A DNA stretch of 63,057 nt, counting the filler, from Ferroacidibacillus organovorans (GTDB lineage: Bacteria; Bacillota; Bacilli; Alicyclobacillales; SLC66), in assembly GCF_001642725.1 (NCBI RefSeq). It is 3 parts of 3 records of this genome, joined end to end, with 100 filler letters (N's around TTAATTAATTAA, not from the genome) between each part and the next. Parts side by side here need not be neighbours in the genome. Positions count along the whole stretch, not along the records: positions 51,236 to 63,057 come from NZ_LSUQ01000068.1; 2 more parts are not named here. One strand, written 5' to 3'. Under the pieces are notes generated by a model. It had not been told where the DNA came from. It searched no databases and worked only from the letters and a program-made list of their open reading frames with translations. Positions 52,251 through 60,807 of the stretch are shown in pieces. Numbering within the stretch: the stretch's first letter is position 1; every line of letters begins with the position of its first letter. A program made the translations under genes and the position numbers.

Positions 52251-52805
52251 CTACTGAAGTCCTTTCAAACTCTTATAGCTCTCGATGGTACGCAACTTCG
52301 CCGATTGAATTTCCATGATGATTTCTTCCACCGAAACGCCGCGCTCAGAGGCTTCGCGGTCAGCAACACGAAGCCGGTCATCATTTTCCGCGATTTCATG
52401 TAAGCAATCGGAAAACGGTTGAGCGGGCAAGATTCGGGTTTTATGGTGATGTTGCAGCGCTTGAAGTCGCTTATCGCCCGTAATCAAAAAATCTGCCAAT
52501 GCCTCCTTCGCCGTTGCCAAAATAAAATCGTCCTCCCGATGACTTGCGACTCGGGGTACAAACAGTGGGATCGGATGAACGACTGAAGTGGCTCTCAAAC
52601 TCATGACAAACAAGCCAACCTGTTCACGACTCAGCCGCGACGAGAAATAAGGGTTCGCCAAGGTCCGCTCCAATTCATCCAGAATAGGCTTCGATATATG
52701 CAGATGAAATAGCCCCGATAGCCACGCTTCCCGAATGTCCGCAATCGGTCCACGTCCGGCTCGAATGGCTGAAGCCAAGATATTCGTGTCCAATACGACC
52801 CGCAT
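52251..52805 (-). CDS. PIN-family toxin
   Basis: MRVVLDTNIL, DDFILATA and LITGDK motifs; coupled to the antitoxin gene. Confidence 0.9.
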   Translation of the reverse strand: MRVVLDTNILASAIRAGRGPIADIREAWLSGLFHLHISKPILDELERTLANPYFSSRLSREQVGLFVMSLRATSVVHPIPLFVPRVASHREDDFILATAKEALADFLITGDKRLQALQHHHKTRILPAQPFSDCLHEIAENDDRLRVADREASERGVSVEEIIMEIQSAKLRTIESYKSLKGLQ

Positions 52806-53119
52806 TATGCCTCTCCCTCAGTACCTTGCTCGGCTGATCCTGAGCGTACGCTCGATAGAGCGCGTTCCACTTCTTTGTTGAACTCATCCTCCGGAAAGTC
52901 AACGAAAGCATCCCGCATTTGATCCATCACACGGCGCAGGTCCACCAGACGACTGTCACGCTGCTTCAACCATTCCAAATCATCCGGACTCACCAGACCA
53001 GCAACTGGGACACCGCTCTTTTCTACAACCACTCGCGCCTGATCCCGCGACACCAAATTGATGACTTCGCTCCAATGTTCCCTTACATCTGAGGATTTCA
53101 TAACCTGTTGCTCTTTCAT
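52805..53119 (-). CDS. Phd/YefM-family antitoxin
   Basis: SSDVREHWSEVINLV...VVVEKSGVPVAGLVS. Confidence 0.88.
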   Translation of the reverse strand: MKEQQVMKSSDVREHWSEVINLVSRDQARVVVEKSGVPVAGLVSPDDLEWLKQRDSRLVDLRRVMDQMRDAFVDFPEDEFNKEVERALSSVRSGSAEQGTEGEA

Positions 53120-53135
53120 GCCCCCACTCCATCCC

Positions 53136-53172
53136 GTACGTCATCGTACCCTTTTGTACGCCAATTATAACA
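53136..53172 (-). promoter_or_regulatory. Toxin-antitoxin promoter and operator
   Basis: Extended -10 TGtTATAAT, then GTAC at 53156, 53146 and 53136 (10-bp period). Confidence 0.6.
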
Positions 53173-53282
53173 TGACAGATTGTGCTATGCGAGTAGGAAA
53201 TCGCGGAGAGAGGTATCTCAAAGTGAAGGGAAGTAGTACAAAGTAATCAAATGCAAATAAATATCTCTACTTCTTGAAACTA

Positions 53283-53301
53283 TCTCATCTGGAGTAGTTT
53301 A
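53283..53301. repeat. 19-bp direct repeat, copy 1 (candidate att arm)
   Basis: TCTCATCTGGAGTAGTTTA, identical to 62328-62346. Confidence 0.85.
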
Positions 53302-53312
53302 TGGACCCGCTA

Positions 53313-53532
53313 TCAGTGACAAGTCGGCATAGGAAACTCTATCTGTAGGTTTACTATTCATAGCTCCGAAGGGCTACGAATAGCCGATTGAGAGAAACAC
53401 AGCCTTAGATTCCCTCTTGGCTTTCTGGAACGCCTCATCGCCCCATGGAAACCAATCGACCGGATTGTGCACGTGTTGGAGAAGATACGGAGATTTTTCA
53501 TGTATCAAACGATTCGGTCTGTTATCTGACAT
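53313..53532 (-). pseudogene. yyaL: 5' fragment of yyaL (DUF255 thioredoxin-domain protein) with a 52-nt insert
   Basis: [62 protein letters not shown] (53532-53374); T-C-H codons resume at 53324-53316. Confidence 0.85.
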
Positions 53533-53588
53533 CGGAATCAAACTCCCTTGCTTATGACTTTCATTAATTCATTATACCCCCACCACAG

Positions 53589-53617
53589 AAAAAACATCGG
53601 CTCATAGCAAGCCGATG
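53589..53617 (-). terminator. Intrinsic terminator downstream of the helicase operon
   Basis: CATCGGCT-N7-AGCCGATG-T6. Confidence 0.75.
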
Positions 53618-53762
53618 CCTATACGTCTGGTTATGTGGTTCCTTACCGATTTCATCTTGTCATTGAATTCGCGGTTGCAAACCCTTACAAACAGCCTTCT
53701 CTGAGATTCCTCAATCTACTTCAAAAGTTTTGTTGGCACCCGGGTGTTCACCGCATCTCTTG

Positions 53763-54038
53763 TTAAAGTTTAGGTGCCCTTTTAATCTCTCTATGATGTT
53801 CATCAACAAATCGACAACTTATCTCATCTTGTAACCCAAACTGAGAAGCAACAAATTCCCTTACTATATTTGGATTTTCCCTCTGTGCACTATCCCACAG
53901 CTTCGTTGCCATTTCATGCGTCACGGATACACTCAGAACGTCTCTGTCTAATAAGACCCCTTCAGGATCGTGGGCGATTGTAAATTGGTATCCGTCTTGA
54001 GTCTTCAAACTCTGAATTACCACCACAATGCTCATCAC
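53763..54038 (-). CDS. Hypothetical protein
   Basis: 91-aa ORF with an AAAGGTGA RBS-like sequence; no family recognised. Confidence 0.5.
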   Translation of the reverse strand: MMSIVVVIQSLKTQDGYQFTIAHDPEGVLLDRDVLSVSVTHEMATKLWDSAQRENPNIVREFVASQFGLQDEISCRFVDEHHREIKRAPKL

Positions 54039-54246
54039 CTTTCGCTACATACTTTTCAAACCATGTGCGCCGTTTTGAAGATATCTTGACACATCCGACT
54101 TTTCTGGATAATCGGCCCAAATATAATCCTCGCAGCCATGTCTCTTCTTTTGTGGATAGAGACCATTCTATACGTAAAATTCGAAGCAAGAACCAACAAG
54201 AACCAGAAATGCTTCTGATTGCTTAACAATGTCTACAAAATAGTAT

Positions 54247-57200
54247 TCACTCGACTCCACTAGTAACAATAATCCGCGCATTGCGCAATAGCATTTCCTC
54301 ACCCCATCCACCACTAAGCCATTCCCTCCGGGATTGCCTGACCCACATGGAGCGTAACTCCTCACTTGCCATATCTGCGGGTACTGGTGCCTTGGATTGA
54401 AGCGCATGGGCACACGTCCTTTGTCTAAAACCAAATCGAAACCACGAGAGAGTTCCAAGTGAGTCACACCCGCAGCGAATACACAAAGGTAGTGCTTGTA
54501 ATTCATCCGTTACCCTCCCAGATTGTTCGCTCGAAAAGACAAGATGTTCATTCAGCGCAACGAAACACCCTGCGTCGAGAGCCAAAGGTTCAAACACAGT
54601 CCTAACAAGTTTAAACACCGCAGGTATTGGATTTGCTCCTGAACTGCGGCCATTTGAAACCGAGTCCTTGCTATTGGACAAGTACTTTTTCGCTATATCT
54701 GCATATGTTGCTCCTACCATGTACAACTTGAGGAGATCGCGCAATTCATGCCATAGAGACATCCAACCTTGCGGCAAATTCCAGTCTGGCTCGTCGATAT
54801 ATCGTCCTTCTCCAATTTCATCACGCATTTTCCTGAGCACCGTCTGTCCTTTGTACGATTCGTCCGGAAGAATATGATTGAATCGGTTGGGAGGCATATG
54901 AGCCAAAACTTCGACGAAAATGTCCAGCCAATCGAGCAAAGAAAATTGGGCAGATTCGATTGGATTCGGTATTCCTCTACGGAGATAGGCACTGAGCATT
55001 CGACTAGCACGGAAAAAATCCATACTGGAAACCGCCGCCACCGAATTTAGCCATTCCGGATATTCCGGCTTCATGAAAAAGTTGTCACGAAGTTCTTTGA
55101 TTCGCTCGCGCGCACTATCTAGCCAGAGTTCTTGATGACCTCGATAAACCTGAAAGGCCCCTAGTGTCTTTGAGAGTGTCTTACCAGTATCAATTTCCCC
55201 ACCTTCTACGAGTAACGAAGTCAGTGCAAGTTCCGAGTTAGATGCTGTCTGCGGATTAAAGCTACCCGAGGCTACCGTAGATATAAACCGTTCGAGTGGG
55301 CTGTGAACTTGAACAGATGCATCCTGCTCTCCCATGACAGGATAGTCATCCAATGCACGCCCCCCATTTACTTCCTGTCCAACAGGTGCCCCAAATGGAT
55401 GATCAGATACTAAGAGTCCTATTCCCTGATTTGAAAATCCAGGGCGACCAGCACGCCCAAATCCATTCAGAATTAACGAATTAATCCTTGACAGGCCATA
55501 TACATTGTCAACTTCGTCTCTGGAGTCTCCAAGGGACGTTCCGGAAATCACCACCGCGACGGCCGGTAAATTAAGCCCTTGCGCAAGAGTTCCTGTTGCG
55601 AACATCAATTTTGACCGTTGATTCACAAACATCCTCTCGCTAGTAGCCTGCTCTACCTGTAACATCGCGCTGCTATGTACCGCAATGCCTTTTCCAAACA
55701 AATCCCAAAGAACCGTCGGTACGCCAAGTTCCGCATCCGCAATATTAAGCCAAGCTTGTACAACGGGCTCAAATTCTTCAACTCTGTTTATTAAAGGCAA
55801 ATTTTCTGCCGACCGAACTGCACTACTGAAAGCATGATGCCTGCTCGAGAGAATGAAGTTGATAACTGGTATTTGAGCTTGGGCAAACCGTTCGGCAACC
55901 AATCGTGATACGGTGTTTTTCCAACTCTCGAATTCTGGTCTCGACTTTCCCTTAGTCGCTTTTACCGGGAACTTTGCTGGAAAACCACGCAACAAGTAGT
56001 CTTCAGGACCGTCATGTGTCCAAGCACCCGAAAGGCCTACTAATAAAGCTAGGGGGATCTCGAAATTAACATTTTTTCGATTTCCTTTAAGTTGGTTCGC
56101 CTGCTGCCTAGCCTCATTGAATAAGTCGTTGAGCGTCTCGGTATTCAAAATGACCAATCCTCGTAAGGTTCGTGACGGTCTCCATTTGATCGGTGTCTCC
56201 ACCGCACCAGGATCGTGAACTGACCTCAGCCATTCAGCCAGCTCTTCTGGATTACTTATCATGGCTGACATCAAAAGAAACTTAATATTAGGTGCGACAT
56301 TCATCAGTTCGGCCAAGACAATGTCTGCCGCCAAACCTCTTCCCTCATCATTTAGAAGATGACATTCATCAAAAACACACAATGCACAGTTTTCGAAACC
56401 TTCCGGTTGTAGTCTTAGGACTAGAGCACATTTTTCCGGTGTCATGACAACAACGTCCGAACCTATAATCAATTCGTCGGCATCTTGAAGCTGCGAATAT
56501 TCACCTCCACCAACAAATGCACGGACTTCAACGTCCTTCATGGCATGCAGTGCCGCTTTCAGATCACGGCGAATCTGGTGAGCTAATGCATTGGTGGGAG
56601 CAAGATACAGGACCCATCCCTTGGATAAAGCATGTGTGATAGCCAATTCGGCTACAAAACTCTTACCACTTCCCGTTGGCATAGCAATCACAGCATCTAC
56701 TTGTGGCCCAGGCAGACATTTTTCTATGTATTCCAATGCAGTTGGCCACAAGTATGGACGCCCTCTTTGGTCGTCTGTTCCACGAGCCCGTGCACGTAAA
56801 TAACTCCGAAAATCATCAAGAAACTCCCCGTCGTCCGACACCGGTTCGGGTACAGCGTGAACTACAGCCCGCTCGCTTAGAAGACGAACTGTTGCATTGA
56901 GGATGCTAGAAAAGTGATAGATGTCTGCAAATTCCGTATTCCTACTGGTTTCCTGTGATCCCACAGAGCGATGTACTCTTTCCAGAATTGAGAATGCTGT
57001 GTCTAAGCTGACATTTTCAATGCCCGCTAGCCAATTCAAGAACAACGAAATTCCGCGGGTTAACTCGGAGTATAAATGGTAACGAATATCGTCAATTAAT
57101 TGCCCGTAGGTCATTCGTGCATCGGGATCGATTAGATTTACATCATCGACCTCAGGAAAAGATGAGTGATATACATCCCCGCGACATAGACGTAGAAGAT

Positions 57201-57702
57201 AGGTAATTAATTGGTTGGCGCTCTCTTCAACAGGTGAGCTACCTGCTCCAATATATTCAAGATCCGCAATTACGCTAACGGCGTTGACATCATACCCACC
57301 AAACATATAGAGAAGAGCGGATTCAAGTGATACATAGTTGCTTTCCAGCCTGAAGGAATCGGTCTCTTCTCCAATTGCCCGGCCACTGATCATGAACTTT
57401 AATAGCGACAATGCCTCTGCCGCCACGAACGCACATGACCTCTTCACACCCCATGGTACATCAACACCGTTTAAAGAATCGAATATTGCGATGGTTTCAA
57501 GCGTATTTGCCAGGTTCCTAAGGTAGTTAACCACTTCAGAAAAAGAATTTAAATCCTCTTCAGCACTGACCTCCCCCAGTTGGATTTTCTGTCTGAGTAT
57601 ATAAAAGTACGCTTTAGACAAGTATCGTCGGCACTCATTTGAATCCAGTCCAGGCAAGTCTGGCAATTGCCGAAGCAGTTGTTGAGCATAGCTGTCAAAC
57701 AT
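54247..57702 (-). CDS. Ski2-like DEAD/DEAH helicase, Hachiman HamB-like
   Basis: MPTGSGKS, TPEK, DECH, MSA, ATGTLAQGLNLP and GRAGR motifs; 1-nt overlap with the upstream gene. Confidence 0.85.
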   Translation of the reverse strand: MFDSYAQQLLRQLPDLPGLDSNECRRYLSKAYFYILRQKIQLGEVSAEEDLNSFSEVVNYLRNLANTLETIAIFDSLNGVDVPWGVKRSCAFVAAEALSLLKFMISGRAIGEETDSFRLESNYVSLESALLYMFGGYDVNAVSVIADLEYIGAGSSPVEESANQLITYLLRLCRGDVYHSSFPEVDDVNLIDPDARMTYGQLIDDIRYHLYSELTRGISLFLNWLAGIENVSLDTAFSILERVHRSVGSQETSRNTEFADIYHFSSILNATVRLLSERAVVHAVPEPVSDDGEFLDDFRSYLRARARGTDDQRGRPYLWPTALEYIEKCLPGPQVDAVIAMPTGSGKSFVAELAITHALSKGWVLYLAPTNALAHQIRRDLKAALHAMKDVEVRAFVGGGEYSQLQDADELIIGSDVVVMTPEKCALVLRLQPEGFENCALCVFDECHLLNDEGRGLAADIVLAELMNVAPNIKFLLMSAMISNPEELAEWLRSVHDPGAVETPIKWRPSRTLRGLVILNTETLNDLFNEARQQANQLKGNRKNVNFEIPLALLVGLSGAWTHDGPEDYLLRGFPAKFPVKATKGKSRPEFESWKNTVSRLVAERFAQAQIPVINFILSSRHHAFSSAVRSAENLPLINRVEEFEPVVQAWLNIADAELGVPTVLWDLFGKGIAVHSSAMLQVEQATSERMFVNQRSKLMFATGTLAQGLNLPAVAVVISGTSLGDSRDEVDNVYGLSRINSLILNGFGRAGRPGFSNQGIGLLVSDHPFGAPVGQEVNGGRALDDYPVMGEQDASVQVHSPLERFISTVASGSFNPQTASNSELALTSLLVEGGEIDTGKTLSKTLGAFQVYRGHQELWLDSARERIKELRDNFFMKPEYPEWLNSVAAVSSMDFFRASRMLSAYLRRGIPNPIESAQFSLLDWLDIFVEVLAHMPPNRFNHILPDESYKGQTVLRKMRDEIGEGRYIDEPDWNLPQGWMSLWHELRDLLKLYMVGATYADIAKKYLSNSKDSVSNGRSSGANPIPAVFKLVRTVFEPLALDAGCFVALNEHLVFSSEQSGRVTDELQALPLCIRCGCDSLGTLSWFRFGFRQRTCAHALQSKAPVPADMASEELRSMWVRQSRREWLSGGWGEEMLLRNARIIVTSGVE

Positions 57703-58592
57703 TACAATCCCTCCACAAATTCCCTCATCAAGTCTGATATCTCTTCAAAAAATCTATCGAAGTCCCGAATTATATGTGGCATGACAATAATAGATTCCTT
57801 GTCTACGGACAAATGGCGGGAGAATACATTATGAGGCTGGGTCCAATCCATAATGGTTGCAGCATCGTAGTGAGGGTTAGGCATATATGTGCGGAGTTTA
57901 TTCCAAAAGAGTCCCCTTACTTGCTCCTGGACATCTCGCGGCAAACCAATCCGCATTGCGTTGACATCCTGGCGAATTCTCGTGGTGTGCTTATCCCCAT
58001 CAATTTCCTTGAAATATTTGATTGCTTTCTCAATTGCCCGGCTAGGGTCATTTTTGTACGCTTTTGATTCAATCACAGATAAACCGATACCTTGATCATT
58101 CACATACAACGCAAGCCCGTCTAGCCCATGGTCCTTAGCTTTAACGTGGACATCCTTTACCGCAATCACCCTTCCGGGCGGATGAATTTCAGGCTTCTTG
58201 TTCGCAAGAACTAAACAAAGATGCCAAATTGCTTCAGCCAACCAGGGGTTTCGCTCATCTCTTTTTTGAACTTTAGTTAAAGAGTCATTCGATGCTCCAA
58301 CTATTTCTGATACGCTCCCACGCAGATCAACTTTGCCCACGTCGGAGTCCTCCAGCAAATACGCTTTTATATTCAGTGCACAGTCGATTGCTGACGCCCT
58401 TAGGCCAACGAGATACTGTGCGATCAAGTGTTTGGAGTCACGATCATTGTCCCACCCCGTTACGATTACGGTATGGTGGGTTGAAGATTCGTACTTCTCA
58501 ATCCGTAATAAGCTTTGAAGAGCTAGAATTGACTCGTTCATTGCTGATTCTATTTTTTCTGTTAAATTCAGTATGGATTTTTCTGCAGTCAC
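57702..58592 (-). CDS. PD-(D/E)XK nuclease-like protein, Hachiman HamA-like
   Basis: AE...HGLDGL...IESKAY catalytic pattern; about 300 aa and coupled to the helicase. Confidence 0.65.
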   Translation of the reverse strand: MTAEKSILNLTEKIESAMNESILALQSLLRIEKYESSTHHTVIVTGWDNDRDSKHLIAQYLVGLRASAIDCALNIKAYLLEDSDVGKVDLRGSVSEIVGASNDSLTKVQKRDERNPWLAEAIWHLCLVLANKKPEIHPPGRVIAVKDVHVKAKDHGLDGLALYVNDQGIGLSVIESKAYKNDPSRAIEKAIKYFKEIDGDKHTTRIRQDVNAMRIGLPRDVQEQVRGLFWNKLRTYMPNPHYDAATIMDWTQPHNVFSRHLSVDKESIIVMPHIIRDFDRFFEEISDLMREFVEGL

Positions 58593-58782
58593 GTTTTGTG
58601 CCCCTTTTTTCCTCTTTAGGGATAAATTATAAAAAGTATTGGGAACACATTCCGGCTTGGGACGATATGCGGAAGTTAAATTATGTAACTAGGGTTTAAA
58701 CGACTGAGAGGGTTATTTGCCTAACCCAAGTGTATTATAGCGCAAAGGGAACTGCTACTTGCTATGCCACAGTGGATTTATT

Positions 58783-59322
58783 TCAAAGGTCTTGTGGCCG
58801 CAAAATAAGTCTGCGAGAACACTCATAACAAATGGTATACCTGTACTGTCCCCAGATTATTTTCTTCGCCGTTTCACTGGCTACGTCAACAAGAATGTCT
58901 CGAATCGACTCTCCAAACGTAGTTCCGACTTTAGTAAGGATTTTCTTTATCCGAGCAGCGGCAACCTTCGTTTGTGGAGAGTCCGTAACCAACTCACCAA
59001 CGTTCTGTTCAAACACTTCCTTGTCGGCTTCCTCCAACTCAGATTCGGCGAGGTCAATAGCCGCCTTAATACGTCTCGAAGTCCATGGGAAGGGTTCACC
59101 ACAAGACTGGCAAAATGCTGTTGGATCATATACATAGCTAAGATCGACGACTCCCTCTACTTTGTATTCTCCCTGAATTGCATGATTACACGCAGAACAC
59201 GCATTTATCGTTTTCGCACCGCATACTGGACAGAAGCTTTTATTAAACTCTGGTGACTCAATCATTGTGCTGTTTGTCGGATGTCCATTCAAGCAAACCT
59301 GTGCAACATCGAATTTGCCCAT
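58783..59322 (-). CDS. DUF2321-like zinc-binding protein
   Basis: AQVCLNGH, FCPVCG, CSAC and FCQSCGEPFPWT motifs; AAGGAGG RBS. Confidence 0.8.
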   Translation of the reverse strand: MGKFDVAQVCLNGHPTNSTMIESPEFNKSFCPVCGAKTINACSACNHAIQGEYKVEGVVDLSYVYDPTAFCQSCGEPFPWTSRRIKAAIDLAESELEEADKEVFEQNVGELVTDSPQTKVAAARIKKILTKVGTTFGESIRDILVDVASETAKKIIWGQYRYTICYECSRRLILRPQDL

Positions 59323-59770
59323 GATTCAGTATCCTCCTTAGAACGCCTACTTCTAAATGTAAGTCACTTCAAACTCACATCCGAAGATACGGCGGCGGTC
59401 TCACACTTAATTGTAAATCTTTCGATTACTGGTGATTCTGTGTTCTGTGGATACTATTCGTGGCCTTGCAGATATTCCGTGACTTTCTCATTCACTTTTT
59501 CTATCTCGTCCTTAAATGAGGATTTGCCGAACTCTTCGGTAAGATTACCCCCGAACCGCACTACCTATCATACCCAATTATCTGATAACATGTACAGAAG
59601 TACATCGGAGTAACTCATCGGAAGAATAGCAATAGATTCTCCTAAACACTGCGTAATGTAGACATTTTGAAATATTGCGTCATGGAAAACCGGATGGTGA
59701 TGATGACGACCAAAGACGGACTTGTCCCACAATTGACATCAAAGTGAATTGGAAAGGTGAATCGGACGCC

Positions 59771-60247
59771 ATGCCTGTATCATTCCGACACTCGGCTGGA
59801 TTCGGTAAGCGTGTTGAATACTATATTATCGGTCTGATGTTGAAAGAAGGATTAGACGTTTATGTACCGCTCGTTGACGATAATGCGGTGGATGCAGTCG
59901 TCCGCAAATCCGACGGAACATTCATTGAAATTCAGATAAAGGCTCGAGGCTATGATATAACAATGGGAGACGGAGCGCTATTTGCGGCGATATCTCACCA
60001 GCCTAGGGAAAACTATTATTTCATCTTCTACTTAGAAAGACTTCAATGGATGTGGATGATGTCCTCAGAGGAATATTTGCTGGAGTGCGTCACCAACAAG
60101 AAGGGGAAAAATGCGGGCAAAACATCAATCTGGTTCAACGGAACCAAGACAGACCAGTAAACAAAGGAAAAATATGAGTATCCCAAGGAGAGATACAACA
60201 AATATCTTGCCGAGGACATGAAAGTGAAGTCTCGCTTGCCTGTTTGA
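59771..60247 (+). pseudogene. Small PD-(D/E)XK nuclease-like protein, probably with a premature TAA at 60158-60160
   Basis: E...DVYVPLVDDNAVD...EIQIKAR; the frame stays open for 28 codons after the stop. Confidence 0.55.
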
Positions 60248-60807
60248 ACTGAAATTTACCAATCTCCTGACGGTGATTTCGCGTTTGAAAAATATTCACT
60301 GGCCCCAACATAGGGAAGTGTTAGCCCATCTTGTATAGGGTGTCCCTTACTTTATTCTTCACTGTTTATGTCGCATGCTGTAATAGATATGGAGATGCTT
60401 CATGTGTGAACCGATTCAATTTTCAAATCTCGAAATCCTACTTTCAAAAATCACCGAAATAAGATATGATCCCGAATCCATTTTACTAAAAGCACGAAAA
60501 AAGCACCGACATGAGGATTCACATGATCAGTTTGATGCTCAACACGTAAATTGAACATTTGTGTTTAATTCAAATTATAGTTGGCTTGAATTGCTGAAGA
60601 GTCGGAGTCGCACTGGTCCTGGGCTATTCAGCTTGTCCCGAGCGCCGTATAATGTTGGAAGACAGTTAGGGTTCGAAATTCCTAACGCCAGAAAGTATCG
60701 TATAAGACCACCAAACATGGTTAATTGAGCGAAAGTCTAGATTGGGTAGGCTGATTTTATAAAGGGATGCATTTCATACAAGAGGGCTAAAATGAGGAGC
60801 GAGGAGA

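Noticed and set aside
53325..53376. Functional group II intron in yyaL
   Set aside because: 52 nt is far too short, with no GUGYG start or domain V; only a remnant origin remains possible.
53620..53765. Degenerate ribbon-helix-helix-like reading (RDAVNTRVPTKLLK*IEE) on the minus strand
   Set aside because: Interrupted by a stop and frame changes; too weak to call.
54168..54506. 112-aa ORF overlapping the helicase 3' end
   Set aside because: Alternate-frame overlap with no RBS or recognisable motif.
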